Shown: positions 1-13,811 of the stretch, piece after piece
How positions within the stretch are numbered: position 1 is the stretch's first letter
How the letters are laid out: each line of letters opens with the position of its first letter
Translations under genes and position numbers: made by a program
NCBI RefSeq assembly: GCF_001194135.2
Contig: NC_068995.1
Location: forward strand, 35,727,235-35,791,234
DNA from: Octopus bimaculoides
Lineage: Eukaryota
Direction: 5' to 3'
Length of the DNA: 64,000 nucleotides
The notes under the pieces: generated by a model
Seen by the model: only the letters and a program-made list of their open reading frames with translations
What the model was told of the DNA's origin: nothing
The model's database searches: none

Positions 1-6
1 TATATA

Positions 7-37
<31 letters not shown>

Positions 38-49
38 GTACATATATAT

Positions 50-88
<39 letters not shown>

Positions 89-132
89 TATATGTATGTA
101 TATATATATGTACATATATACATATATATATA

Positions 133-500
133 CTAGCAGCTAAACCCGGTTTCACCCGGTCTGTTTCAATAATGTGTCTGTGATTGTTTTCGGTTAGGCA
201 TAATCTATAACACTGTTTCTCAGCCTGATCATTTAGTGTCCCGTTTCGATTGGAGCCTCCAGCTGTATGAAGATTTCACCCAGTCCTGTCAGAAAATGGC
301 TTCGGGAGTTGTGAACAAAGAATTTGTACGTAGTCTGTTTGTGAGAGCTATTGTATTGGACGCCTGTCTAATCATTAAAAGATTTATTTAATTATCAGCA
401 TAGAAAGAAATTATACATTAATCGCAATTTGTGTAAGCAGTTTTGTCCGTAAAAATTTTATTTGCAGAGAGCAGAAATTGAAAGATATATGAAATGGACG

Positions 501-545
<45 letters not shown>

Positions 546-547
546 GC

Positions 548-578
<31 letters not shown>

Positions 579-720
579 AGAGAGAAAGAAAGAGGGTAAG
601 AAAGAGAGATAGAGTGAGGGAGTGAAGTTGTGCGTCATTGACTTACGTTGGCTGGCACGGCAAGTACGAAGCTTTTGAGGCGGCGATCTTTTGAAGTGGG
701 CGTCGAATGAAGAAACATGG
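133..720 (-). mobile_element. Helitron-like 3' terminus, probably non-autonomous
   Basis: The minus strand ends GACCGGGTGAAACCGGGTTTAGCTGCTAG|T: a short hairpin, then CTAG, then host T. Confidence 0.55.
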
Positions 721-1899
721 ATAGTTTTATGACTGAACTTCTTTTGNNNNNNNNNNNNNNNNNNNNNNNNNNNNNNNNNNNNNNNNNNNNNNNNNNNNNN
801 NNNNNNNNNNNNNNNNNNNNNNNNNNNNNNNNNNNNNNNNNNNNNNNNNNNNNNNNNNNNNNNNNNNNNNNNNNNNNNNNNNNNNNNNNNNNNNNNNNNN
901 NNNNNNNNNNNNNNNNNNNNNNNNNNNNNNNNNNNNNNNNNNNNNNNNNNNNNNNNNNNNNNNNNNNNNNNNNNNNNNNNNNNNNNNNNNNNNNNNNNNN
1001 NNNNNNNNNNNNNNNNNNNNNNNNNNNNNNNNNNNNNNNNNNNNNNNNNNNNNNNNNNNNNNNNNNNNNNNNNNNNNNNNNNNNNNNNNNNNNNNNNNNN
1101 NNNNNNNNNNNNNNNNNNNNNNNNNNNNNNNNNNNNNNNNNNNNNNNNNNNNNNNNNNNNNNNNNNNNNNNNNNNNNNNNNNNNNNNNNNNNNNNNNNNN
1201 NNNNNNNNNNNNNNNNNNNNNNNNNNNNNNNNNNNNNNNNNNNNNNNNNNNNNNNNNNNNNNNNNNNNNNNNNNNNNNNNNNNNNNNNNNNNNNNNNNNN
1301 NNNNNNNNNNNNNNNNNNNNNNNNNNNNNNNNNNNNNNNNNNNNNNNNNNNNNNNNNNNNNNNNNNNNNNNNNNNNNNNNNNNNNNNNNNNNNNNNNNNN
1401 NNNNNNNNNNNNNNNNNNNNNNNNNNNNNNNNNNNNNNNNNNNNNNNNNNNNNNNNNNNNNNNNNNNNNNNNNNNNNNNNNNNNNNNNNNNNNNNNNNNN
1501 NNNNNNNNNNNNNNNNNNNNNNNNNNNNNNNNNNNNNNNNNNNNNNNNNNNNNNNNNNNNNNNNNNNNNNNNNNNNNNNNNNNNNNNNNNNNNNNNNNNN
1601 NNNNNNNNNNNNNNNNNNNNNNNNNNNNNNNNNNNNNNNNNNNNNGGTATTTGAATATATTTTAGAATTTAAGGATTGGAGAAAACGCATGTTATAATTG
1701 CATACTTTATTCCTTGAGAAGGTTACAATTTTAATATCAAAGATATTAATATGGATCACACAGGTTGTAATCCTTTGAAACATATGTAGGAATAAAGTAT
1801 GCAATTATAACATGCGTTTTCTCCAATCCTTAAATTCTTATATATATATATATATATAATCGTTCACATAACATTTATATATATATGCCTTATGTGGAG

Positions 1900-2825
1900 A
1901 TGATGATTTGAAAACGGAAAACGAAACTTAAGCGTCGTAAGTCAAAAAGTGTTATCCTCTTTAGGCCTTAAATGATAAGGCTGGAAGGATATCAAGTCAG
2001 TCAGGAATAGGTGGAATTTTCCAATTCTTCAGAATATATTTATACATATGAATGCAACCAGTGAAAATCTCTGACTTGGAGTTCAATAGAGAGTTAGGGA
2101 TCTTAGATCTGAACAGGATCTGCGCTCTTTCAGCCAAACAAAGTTTACATTTATTCGATCCATTCACACAAGGTATGGATTTTTCAATTATTTTCCATTT
2201 AATCACATGCGGTGTTTCGTTATGTCTCAAAGTCCATACATAGCTAGCCAACTTAGTAGCTTTTCTTTTGTCCCTATGTCGGAAGGAGGCCATGTGATTG
2301 CCATAGCGATTGCTAAATTCTCCTTCACATAATCCAATATAGGTCTTTTTATCAGTTATATTATTATTTAGGGTTGCAGTAACTTCTGCTTTATAAGATA
2401 GTTTTACTCTTACATCGTTGATGTAAGCCTATTCCTGACTGACTTGATATATTTCCGGTCTTATCATTTAAGGCCTAAGGAGGATAGCACTTTCTGACTT
2501 TTGACACTTTAGTCTCGTTTTCCGTTTTTCGTTTTCCGTTATTTACTGTCTGCGTTTTCTATATGTAACTACTCAATGATACTAGAAAATATTCAATAGG
2601 CGTTCTGTGAAATTATCATATAGCTGCTGCCCAAATATGAAGAATATCATTACACATAGTCAACATCAAAAACCTGAATCCAGCTGCAACTGTCGCGACC
2701 CAGGGTCCTTTCCACTTGACCAACGATAGAAGATTAAATCTATCATATATAAGGCAGAAGTTACTACAATCCTAAATAATAATACAACTAATAAGAAGAC
2801 CTATATTGGATTATGTGAAGGAGTA
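1900..2825. mobile_element. Penelope-like element 3' end (GIY-YIG) with an internal inversion and inverted terminal repeats
   Basis: Minus ORF 1997..2293 reads LASYVW..IKWKII..CKLCLAE..LLNSKSE. Plus strand 2670-2822 reads [22 protein letters not shown]. Inverted repeats lie at ~1910-2010 and ~2430-2540. Confidence 0.85.
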
Positions 2826-2840
2826 CAGTGCTTGTTCAGC

Positions 2841-2910
<70 letters not shown>

Positions 2911-3039
2911 TGTGTGTGTGTGAGTGTGTGTGTGCGTGCGCGTGCGTGGGTGTGTGCGTGTGCGTGTGCGTGTGTGTGTGTGTGTGCGTGTGTGTGTGTG
3001 ATTTTATCTTTGTATGTTGTGGTGTGTGTGTTTGCGTGT

Positions 3040-4200
3040 GTCTGAGATGATTAAAATAATGTCTTTTAGGACATTCTAGTAGAGCTCTGTAGTGTTATTT
3101 ATGCGTCTAAGTATTTGGAGATGGATTTTGTGCATTGACAGGGTTTGTGATATTTAAAAGTTGTTGCAATACCACATTGCTCCTTTGCATATCCAGTTAG
3201 TTTTTCATTTTGGGGATATATTTAGTTGTATAGGCGGCTTGGTAGTATGACTATGTATGACTCGTTATCATGTATAGTGTATTGTTTTGTGTTATGGAGA
3301 GATTGGTGGGAGCGATCCCTCCATCAAATAAAAATAATCATTCTTACAGGTGTTGGTGGTAAGAAGTTGGGGCGTTGAATTTAGTAGATGCTATTTTAAA
3401 TATTTTGTGTGGAGCCATGTTTCTAAATGATTTAAGCTGGATTACAGTAGTTGAGCAAAAATGTCTGGAAAATGGGGGAAGGATGTTCATGTCATCAATA
3501 TTTGAATATGTCTGCTCGTCGTTTTGTGGGAGTGTAGATGGATCTTTTAGATATGGTTTGAAAAGAGTAGGTGTAAGGAGAGACTCTAGTGGTACTCCTT
3601 GTAGGAATTTCCAGATTCTGAAAATGTTTTGCACACTGAATAGATTTGACAGCCTAACAGACAACATTTCATGTCGTTTCTTAAGACGGTGTTCAGCATT
3701 TTCTGTGAATGGGAAGTGAGAAAGTGAGTTGAAAACTTTACTGAATGTCGATGGCAGTTAGAATGGTATATATGTGAGGGTTATTTTGCTTTTTGTCTTT
3801 TTTCTTTTGTTATTGAAGCTATCATGTATTTTTCTGTCAGGTTTGTGCTTAGTACACTAGTTTAGTATGGTGGCCTAAATCCGTAATGTAATTTGGATTA
3901 GAGGATTAATGGGTTAATGAGGTCAAGAATTATCCTTTCTTGAATTTTATAAGGTGTACACAGCTGGGAAATGGATATATACGATATTACTACATTGGGT
4001 ATTTGTTGGTAGAACGAACGTATTGCTCTCAATTTTGACGAGGAATGAATGCAAGGGAGTGTATTGGTACATATCAGAGGAGCAGTCCTTTAATTCTACC
4101 TGGAGAAAGGGAGAGTGTCCGGAGAGGAAATTGGTCTGTATTTTGAAGTGCCCTGATCCTCCTTAAGTGGTGGTTTCCATTACTTTATATGTGTACCTGT
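3040..4200 (-). mobile_element. Degenerate PLE/RT-like remnant
   Basis: Broken minus-strand frames with RT-like fragments (YSNIDD..., LTVRLSNLFSVQNI) next to other PLE pieces. Confidence 0.45.
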
Positions 4201-4359
4201 TGGTTTTTAAACGAACATAAATTTTTTATATTTTTGTCTTGTACTGTTTTTTTGCACTTCTTTGTTCATTGTTTTTGTATATCTCAACACGTTTTGCAAT
4301 TCTTTTGTATAACATGTATTGTATTTTTTGTAGTATGAGGCCACTGTGGTCACAAAAGA

Positions 4360-4360
<1 letters not shown>

Positions 4361-4436
<76 letters not shown>
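4361..4436. repeat. (GTA)n microsatellite running into an N gap
   Basis: Directly visible. Confidence 0.95.
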
Positions 4437-5828
4437 NNNNNNNNNNNNNNNNNNNNNNNNNNNNNNNNNNNNNNNNNNNNNNNNNNNNNNNNNNNNNNNN
4501 NNNNNNNNNNNNNNNNNNNNNNNNNNNNNNNNNNNNNNNNNNNNNNNNNNNNNNNNNNNNNNNNNNNNNNNNNNNNNNNNNNNNNNNNNNNNNNNNNNNN
4601 NNNNNNNNNNNNNNNNNNNNNNNNNNNNNNNNNNNNNNNNNNNNNNNNNNNNNNNNNNNNNNNNNNNNNNNNNNNNNNNNNNNNNNNNNNNNNNNNNNNN
4701 NNNNNNNNNNNNNNNNNNNNNNNNNNNNNNNNNNNNNNNNNNNNNNNNNNNNNNNNNNNNNNNNNNNNNNNNNNNNNNNNNNNNNNNNNNNNNNNNNNNN
4801 NNNNNNNNNNNNNNNNNNNNNNNNNNNNNNNNNNNNNNNNNNNNNNNNNNNNNNNNNNNNNNNNNNNNNNNNNNNNNNNNNNNNNNNNNNNNNNNNNNNN
4901 NNNNNNNNNNNNNNNNNNNNNNNNNNNNNNNNNNNNNNNNNNNNNNNNNNNNNNNNNNNNNNNNNNNNNNNNNNNNNNNNNNNNNNNNNNNNNNNNNNNN
5001 NNNNNNNNNNNNNNNNNNNNNNNNNNNNNNNNNNNNNNNNNNNNNNNNNNNNNNNNNNNNNNNNNNNNNNNNNNNATATGTATATATAGAGAGACACAGA
5101 GAGAGAAAATATATATATTGCATTTATATATATTTCTGAGGTTATAGTTATGTTTCTGCATCAAGTGAACGGCAAACAACTAATAAGAAATTGTTATCCG
5201 GTGAGAAAGAGACAACATTAAATTTAATTATTTATATCATTTTAGTAATTTCAGTAGACAAGTCTGAACATATCTTGTTAGATTTTGTCAACAAAACATA
5301 CTCTTTCTCATAATTAACTGCAGTGATTTTTTTAATGTATTATATTTTCACGAATGCTCACATGATATATATAGAAAAGGGTGGAAAGATAATTTCAGGG
5401 CGATTTTAATACCTGACTAAAACATAGCCAGAAATATATTTGACATGCGGATGGTATTTCTCTGTTCAGTCTGAACATTTGAACGTCATCAGAAGGTACG
5501 AAAATCAGTTGTTAAAGTACTCAAATAATGTCATCCTAGAAGAAACGATTGAGCAGACTGTCTATAGCAGGTTTAAGAAATGAATGAAACTCAGCAAGAG
5601 TGACAAGAAATGAAGAGGAAGCTTTATCGATTTAACCTAAATTGAGAGGGTATGTAGCTTGCTAGTTAAAAGAGGATAAAAAAGGTGAAGGGACAACAGT
5701 TGTGTGAACTTGGTGCTTGTACTGTGATGGTGTCATTCGGCAATATGCTTTTTTATTACAACAGGCTTTGAATTATTGTGTGGCAACAACATGATTCAGC
5801 TATATAAGAAATATTTTAATGTGGATTT

Positions 5829-6030
5829 ATGGCGGTGAGCTGGCAGAATCGTTAGCACGCCGGGAAAATGCTTAGCGGCATTTCGTCTGTTATTACGTTC
5901 TGAGTTCAAATTCCGCCTTTCATCCTTTCGGGGTCGATAAAATGAGTACCAGTTGAGTACTGGGGTCGATGTAATCGACTTACTCGCTTCCCGGAAATTG
6001 CTGGCCTTGTACCATAGTTTGAAACCAATG
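5829..6030 (+). mobile_element. tRNA-derived SINE family A. Other copies: 18035-18250 (+), 40547-41625 array (+), 54690-54903 (-), 61400-61560 (-)
   Basis: GGCGGTGAGCTGGCAGAA head, B-box GAGTTCAAATTCC, shared body repeated across the window. Confidence 0.85.
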
Positions 6031-6886
6031 TTCTAATGTGAGCCTTACTTGAGTTTTGTGAACAGACGGGAAATAATCAGCGCTGGAGTATCTTATGGTG
6101 CTGAAGAGAAATTCAGTTTTTTTTTTTTGTTTCTGAGCAGATTTGGCAGTGCGTTCTATGTTAGGTTACAAGGAATTGTGATATCTAGCGATTTAAGAGT
6201 TTTATTTTTTTATATTTGCACTTTGCTACCATATATATGTTAATGAGACAGGAATAGTTGAGAAGTGTTTTGGAGAGAAGCGTTATTGGATGCATACGAG
6301 TTTGAGGCAAATATGAGGATGTTTTTCAATGTATGTGATACTAACAAAGTCATCTTTATGGATATTGTACAGTGTGCGTGCAAGCATTTAAGATGATAAG
6401 TCAGGGTTGTTTGGAATATGAAAATGTAAAATATTCATATTGGTAATTATTCCAAATTGTCAAGATAGTTAAGAAAGGCAATGGAATGGACCTCTAAACC
6501 AGTTGTATCAGTGTGGAAGAAGGACAATGACCAAACGACGTAGGAGTCATTGGGATCCACCGATAGGATGATTTCAGGGAGATGGGGTTAGATATATCAC
6601 ATGCGATACGAGTAATCCTTTCTACTATAGGCACAAGGCCTGAAATTGGGGGGGGGGGGGTAGTCGATTCGAGGAATTTAAGGGTGATAGAGATGAAATC
6701 AGAGGAATGAAGAACAAATACTTTGGATGTGTGGAAGCCTTTGTTGCCGAAATCTGTTTGAGAAATATAAAGTTTAATCAGTGATTGGTTTAAAATAGAG
6801 TCAGAGATTTGTGTGACTGAGAGCAGTAAGACAGGTGACTTATTTATCAGTAAAAAGTAGTTGAGGTTTAACTAGGAGAGCTGACC

Positions 6887-7037
6887 ACACCAGAGTAGCT
6901 AGAGGGAGAAGAGGGAGCATAAGAGTTCCTCGGACGGCACTTTATGGGGTGGCACCTCTTTTTGGTCTGCTGTAGGCAATATGTACGTTTTGTGGAGGCC
7001 AAGGACGGCAAATTGAAGGGCTACCCTGGGCGACACA
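6887..7037. mobile_element. Short hAT-like MITE
   Basis: Imperfect TIR cacCagAgtagctagag / ctctagctacgctagtg. Confidence 0.4.
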
Positions 7038-7513
7038 TACTCTAGCTACGCTAGTGCCTGACCATGAATGTTTATATACAAGACTGAGAATTGTGCTGAA
7101 GACTTTTCAATAACTCGTAATAATATTTCAATACATTAAAGTTGTTTGAACTTTTCTAATACACTGTGTTCTGCATAAATCATCTATTCATATTTAATCA
7201 CGCCGACAATGAACACACACTATGAAAATTAACTTTGCCATTACAACAATGATGTGGTTTGTGTTTGATTCAAATAAGGCGCGCACTAATCTCCCTTCGT
7301 GGGAGGAGTGGGAGTATATACACCTTGATGGGAGGCATTTCAGTATAATCTTATTTTTCTATTTGCAAAAAGAGCAAGATGTGTCTCAGATTCACAACGA
7401 AGATATTTAAAACTGTAATTTAATTATCTTCACTATTTGATTTCTTCCCTTTGTAGTTACCGCCTCCAGATATGTGTGTATGTGTACCCTTTCTTTTATT
7501 TGCTTGTCTAACG

Positions 7514-7810
7514 AAGGGGTTTTCAAACTGTGGTCCGCGGACCACAGGGGGTCCGCAAGGACAAGACAGGGGGTCCGTGGACAGCAAATACTTGTTATGG
7601 GCAATTTGATTTTATATATGTTTTTTAATCGAAATCTTTTAATTGACAATAAACCTATTTGTTAAATACTGTTAAATAAATAAATGTAAAAATATATGTT
7701 ATTTTAAGCAAATATTTATGTATAAATTTCATAAGCGTTTATAAAGGGGTCCCTAAGGTAAAGCCTGAAATATAAAGGGGTCCGCAAGTCAAAACGTTTG
7801 AAAACTCCTG
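7514..7810. mobile_element. hAT (Charlie-like) MITE
   Basis: TIR GGGGTTTTCAAAC / GTTTGAAAACTCCTG with repeated GGTCCGC subterminal motifs. Confidence 0.7.
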
Positions 7811-8550
7811 GTCTAACGGACCCTCTTCCTACAAAAGTATGAATTGTTCCCACCAGTGTGTATATGGTTCCGGGTTCATTCCCACTGCGTGGCACCTTGG
7901 GCAAGTGTCTTCTATTATAGCCTCGGGCCGACCAAAGCCTTGTGAGTGGATTTGGTAGACGGAAACTGGAAGAAGTCCGTCGTATATATATATGTATATA
8001 TATATGTATGTATGTTTGTGTATNNNNNNNNNNNNNNNNNNNNNNNNNNNNNNNNNNNNNNNNNNNNNNNNNNNNNNNNNNNNNNNNNNNNNNNNNNNNN
8101 NNNNNNNNNNNNNNNNNNNNNNNNNNNNNNNNNNNNNNNNNNNNNNNNNNNNNNNNNNNNNNNNNNNNNNNNNNNNNNNNNNNNNNNNNNNNNNNNNNNN
8201 NNNNNNNNNNNNNNNNNNNNNNNNNNNNNNNNNNNNNNNNNNNNNNNNNNNNNNNNNNNNNNNNNNNNNNNNNNNNNNNNNNNNNNNNNNNNNNNNNNNN
8301 NNNNNNNNNNNNNNNNNNNNNNNNNNNNNNNNNNNNNNNNNNNNNNNNNNNNNNNNNNNNNNNNNNNNNNNNNNNNNNNNNNNNNNNNNNNNNNNNNNNN
8401 NNNNNNNNNNNNNNNNNNNNNNNNNNNNNNNNNNNNNNNNNNNNNNNNNNNNNNNNNNNNNNNNNNNNNNNNNNNNNNNNNNNNNNNNNNNNNNNNNNNN
8501 NNNNNNNNNNNNNNNNNNNNNNNNNNNNNNNNNNNNNNNTATATATATAT

Positions 8551-8730
8551 AGGCGCAGGAGTGGCTGTGTGGTAAGTAGCTTACTTACCAACCACATGGT
8601 TCCGGGTTCATTCCCACACTGCGTGGCACCTTGGGCAAGTGTCTTTTACTATAGCCTCGGGCCGACTAAAGCCTTATGAGTGGATTTGGTAGACGGAAAC
8701 TGAAAGAAGCCCGTCGTATATATATATATA
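8551..8730 (+). mobile_element. SINE family B with a central (TA)n tract. Other copies: 7855-8000, 12286-12596 (-), 15770-16030, 31940-32535, 47040-47945, 53635-53760, 61780-62145 (-), 62530-62945 (-), 63565-64000 (-)
   Basis: tRNA-like head GGAGTGGCTGTGTGG..GGTTCA(T/G)TCCC, CCTTGGGCAAGTG core, 3' (AAAGAG)n tail; ten or more near-identical copies. Confidence 0.9.
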
Positions 8731-8983
8731 TATGATTAATTCATTCAAGTTTCTCTCATACTAATTTACTTATTCGTTCATGATGACGTGACAGCGGGTT
8801 TTTGCGTTGTTCAGTCATTATTATACAATCAGTATTGCATAGTCATTGTTTATATTTATATTGTCAAACTTGTTGAAGGATGTATTTAACCCGTATGTTG
8901 TTGAAATGGCTGCAACTAAGGAATAAATGTGATACCCATACTTTCATTCTTTTGCCCATTATATATCAAAATATTGGCAGATA

Positions 8984-9295
8984 GTGAAAGCGCATGGCTC
9001 AGTGGTTGAAGCATCGGGCTTACGATCGTAAGGTTGTAAGCTCGGTCCCAGGACCGGGCTGTGTTGTGTGCTTGAGCAGGACACGTTATTTCACGTGGTT
9101 CCAGTTCACTCAGCTGTGCCAAGCTGTACCGGCCTTTGCCTTTCCCTTGAACAACTTCAGTGGCATGGAGAGAGGAGGCTGATATGCAAGGGTGACTGCT
9201 GGTCTTCCACAAACAACCTTGCCTGGACTTGTGCCTGAGAGGGGAACTTCCAAGGTATAATCCAATGGTCATTCGTGACAGAAGGGGGTCTTTAG
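8984..9295 (+). mobile_element. SINE family C (second copy 32611-32900)
   Basis: GCATGGCTCAGTGGTT A-box head, TTGAGCAGGACAC core. Confidence 0.75.
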
Positions 9296-9307
9296 AAAAA
9301 TAGATAA

Positions 9308-9338
<31 letters not shown>

Positions 9339-9395
9339 TCGTATATGTCTGTGCTTCTCTCTCTCACTCTCTCTCTCTCTCCTCTTTATCTCTCT

Positions 9396-9459
<64 letters not shown>

Positions 9460-9539
9460 ATATACACAGATATATCAAATATATGTATATATAGACCTTT
9501 TTGCCATGATAGATCGCTGACCACTACATTTATATTTTT

Positions 9540-9700
9540 CTCTCCTTGTTTTTCTCCTTATTTCTTTCTGTGTTCCTTTCAGTTGAAGAGCGTAGCTCGA
9601 AACGTCAAAGACTTTCTCTATTCCCGAGCGTTAAACTAATACATCCACTTGTTGTTTACACCATCTGTCTTCGTCTGTTGTTGTTTTTTTTTCGTAAATT
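9540..9700 (+). mobile_element. PLE terminal-repeat fragment with a minimal hammerhead-like motif; the same family occurs inverted at 29010-29160
   Basis: CCTTT-CAGTTGA-A-GAGCgtaGCTC-GAAACGTC-AAAG. Confidence 0.65.
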
Positions 9701-10772
9701 CTCCCATATATATGCACATAGTTATACATATAATAATACGTACGTGTGTGTGCGTTTGTGTATGTCATTCTATTTGCGTGTGTGCTCGTGTTATATGAAC
9801 GAGTATAATCTTCGAGTCTATATAGGTAACCGCTCTTAAAAACGAGTCAAATAAACAAAATTTGCCTCTTCAGACACTTGAAAAGAAAATGAATGAGTCA
9901 TGGATTGTGAAGTCATATTTCATACAATTTTTTTCTCAAAGTTAAAAAGAAAACAATCTACACATAATAATTATCAATTGTGCAGCCTCTAAGTAACCAG
10001 CCTTTAAGTAATCAGGGTTTGAATCAGTTGAACGGTCTATATGTTATTCAATTTATCTAAAACAGTTAACAAAATACAACGGGCTGAATCAACATTTGCT
10101 CGAATCAACATTTGCTCGAATCAACAATTATTCGAATCATAATAGATATTAGAATTATTAGAACAAATCTAAAAAATTAAAATAAGGTTAAAGTGTCACG
10201 TTGTAAAGATATATGTAGTATGTATCTGTCATGTTAATGGTTGCCATCTAAAACTAATGTTTTAGACAAGCCGTGGGAAACTTTTTCGAAAACGGGGTTA
10301 CATGGGACATGGTCTGTCACCATTACTGCACGGGCTGCATTACTAAAAAAAAGACTCACGGTAATTTTTCGTTAGCATGTCATTCAGAAAGTCCCAGGAT
10401 CTGCAGTTTGTCCATGACTGTTTTAGACTGTCAATATACATATGGCAGACATTCACACTCACACATACGTATACGTATGACTCTATGTGTGAGTGTGTGT
10501 GCGTGTGCGTGCGCGTGCGCGTGTGTGATAGCGTATAGTTGCCCATAACATGAGACTATATATTGTAAAGTATTTCAATTTTAAGAAGCCTTTTGTTCCT
10601 ATTTTTATTTCAGTATAACTGACAATATAACCTTTACTTGTAGTTTGAATATTTACTTACAATTCGGTTAATTCGAGCAAATATTACCGCCTTTAATTTT
10701 TTGGAGCAGCAGTTTTTTACCATCTGTGTTTCAATCAACTGTTTTCAATAAATTGACCAAGAAAATCTAATA

Positions 10773-10984
10773 TATACGAGGGGATGCTGAAACTTTCCAA
10801 GCTTTAAGGGTATCGCGAAAGGCCTGGCTAGAAGCCCAATCTTCCGAGTTCTTTTACAGAGCTTAGAAAAACTGAAGGACTGCTACAATAAGTATGAAAG
10901 GAATATGTCGAATAAAACCATAATTAACTTATACTCCTGTATTTTCTTTTACCCAAAACCAGGAACTTTTCGACTCCCCCTCTA
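10773..10984. mobile_element. ~215-bp mariner MITE (second copy 18706-18925)
   Basis: TA-CGAGGGGATGCTGAAA TIR; the internal sequence matches a transposase 3' end; two similar copies. Confidence 0.8.
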
Positions 10985-11429
10985 ATTTTATCTTATTTCC
11001 ATATTATTGTCCATGATATCATTTCAGTTGAACTTCAATTTATCAATTACGGTTTCTTTTCATTTAAATGATGTTGTTTCGGTTGCTGAATTATCTTTGT
11101 TATTAATATAGTTGTTGTAGTTGCTGTTGTTGTTATGGTGGTTCTTTCTGTGAGAATGCTGCAGCATTATGATTGTCGTCATCGTCGTCATCGCCACCGC
11201 CGCTGTCGTTCTATAATCATTTACTCAAGCTCAGTTCTGACCGACCAACTTCTAGAATCAATGGCGTTTCCAGCCGTAACTTTCATGTCTGTTTGTCTCA
11301 GACAGCGTGTCTAAAACTATTTTATGAAATGTGTCCCTTCTTTTCAACAAGTACAGTTGTGACTAAAGTGACAGAGGGTGCTAGTAAGCACCAGCATTGC
11401 TAGAAATAAGAGTCACTTTAGTGACAACT

Positions 11430-11890
11430 GTACTTAACCGTTTTCGAAACCAGTCAACGTTTCCTATGGTGTCCTATATAAGGCTGACGAGGTGACTTAA
11501 GTTCTTTAACCCTCAGTGATATGCAGGGTAATGTAATTTTTACCAAAAAAATGGATATGAGAGGAAAGCATTTAATATGAGGTTTTATTTATAATTCGAT
11601 ATGGGCTCCAGGTGTCGCCACCAGCCTCTGGAGTTGCCCCGGAATTGCGCCAACTGATTTCACCAAGAACTCTGGTGAGATGGAAGCCACTTATCTTCTC
11701 ATATTCACCCTTCAAGTTCTTCCAAGGTCTTTGGTTTGGTACAGTAAGACTTGTTCCTTTAACCAACCCCAAAGAAAGAAGTCACAGGGTGTTAAGTCGG
11801 GACTCCTGGCTGGCCACTCATGCAGACCACGACGATCTATCCATCTCCTGGGGAATTTGGCATCTAGTCATTCATGAATGACACGAGCAA
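11430..11890 (-). mobile_element. Tc1/mariner (maT/rosa-like) transposase C-terminal remnant
   Basis: Minus frame reads LDAKFPRRWIDRRGLHEWPARSPDLTPCDFFLWGWLKEQV. Confidence 0.85.
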
Positions 11891-12419
11891 TACTATTATA
11901 GGTTAAATTCTCTTACTTCAAAAATCGAACACAAAAATTTGAGAAAAAAATTACAATGAATAAATAAATTATAAGTATTTTAAAATAAAGAGTTACTTTT
12001 CGATCACCCTGTTTTTGTATGTATGTATATATATATATACATATANNNNNNNNNNNNNNNNNNNNNNNNNNNNNNNNNNNNNNNNNNNNNNNNNNNNNNN
12101 NNNNNNNNNNNNNNNNNNNNNNNNNNNNNNNNNNNNNNNNNNNNNNNNNNNNNNNNNNNNNNNNNNNNNNNNNNNNNNNNNNNNNNNNNNNNNNNNNNNN
12201 NNNNNNNNNNNNNNNNNNNNNNNNNNNNNNNNNNNNNNNNNNNNNNNNNNNNNNNNNNNNNNNNNNNNNNNNNNNNNNNNNNNNNTCTCTTTTGCCGAAC
12301 TGCCAGGTTACGGAGACATAAACGCGCTAACACCGGTTGTCAAACGGTGGTGGGGGACAGACACTAACACAAAGACACACATACATAGATACTCGCGCAC
12401 GCGCGTACACACACACGCA

Positions 12420-12450
<31 letters not shown>

Positions 12451-13420
12451 GATAGGCTTCTTTCAGTTTCCGTTTACCAAATCTACTCACGAGGTTATGG
12501 TAGGAGACACTTGCCCAAAATGCCACGCAGTAGAACTGAACCCGGTACCATGTGATTGGGAAGCAAGCTCCTTACTACACAGCCACGCCTGCGCCTATTG
12601 TATTTTTTTTGGTCAGTTTTTTTTTTCTCTCTTTGCTCCTGACATTTCTGTTATCGCTGTTTGTTGCTAATGCTTTTATTATTATTTTGTTATTTTTTTT
12701 CATTCTTGTGTATTTTTCATTCCCACTGACGTTGTTTGTTGTAGTTGTTGCTCGTGTTCTCTTTTTCTTTTTTTCTTTTTTTTTTTTTTTCAAGTGAAGC
12801 ACACCCTTGTCTCAGTAGCGTTGCACTATGGAATTATGTCTAAAACTATTATCACCAGGAAACCCTCCTCCCGTCACCTCTGTGTTAACTAGGTGGGTCT
12901 CCATTTCTTGAGTAAACAATTCAATTAATAAGGAAAATTTGATCTCTGCCATAATTTAACACCCAAGAGACATCAGATTACGTTAGGACAATGTTTGGAT
13001 GTCAGGATGTCATAAGATAGAAAAAAATATTTTGATAAGAAATGACTGACTCATAAATGAAAGAAGGCACGCGATGATACACAGACGCATATAATATATC
13101 ACATTTATTACACATAAGTACGTGCGCTAACACCCCACTCCACACACACACACGAATCTTTCTGTGTGTTTATCTCTGTGAGTGTTATCGTCTTTTAACT
13201 TTCACGTTTTAACTTTTATTTCTTTCAGTAATTGGACTGCGGCTATGCTGGAGCACTATAAAAACGTCTTACGGTTGAATATTAAAGAAAAAAAGGCAGA
13301 TTAATTAATTGACTCAGTAAACATTTCAACAGAAAGTAAAGTCCAGACAAGAGACATCTTATTAATTAATCCCCTACTCGCTAATTATCAATTAAACTTT
13401 CGAAATGCCACTTAACCTTG

Positions 13421-13630
13421 TACAGTAATTCCTCTCCATACCGCGGTTCACCAATCGCGCACTCAGTACATCGCGGATTTTTCTGGCTAACATATGTAAA
13501 TTTATATCACGGACTCTTCAGTATATCGCGGGTTTCTGCAGCCGATAGGTATTATATTTTTTTAGATTTTAATTATTTCTGTTAGGAGGTTTTGGAACGT
13601 AACAACCGCGATGGTCGAGAGATTACTGTA
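13421..13630. mobile_element. pogo/Tigger-type MITE (related fragment at 46788-46960)
   Basis: TA|CAGTAATTCCTC ... GAGAGATTACTG|TA. Confidence 0.75.
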
Positions 13631-13729
13631 TATCAAAAAGTATGCAGTAATTACTTCGTTCGCAAACTCACGATACATATGCAGTGATTACGTTCATTAA
13701 ACGTGTTACCTCATCAGTGACTATATATG

Positions 13730-13811
<82 letters not shown>

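Noticed and set aside
8551-8620. tRNA genes at SINE heads
   Set aside because: Only A/B-box similarity, and each continues into a SINE body.
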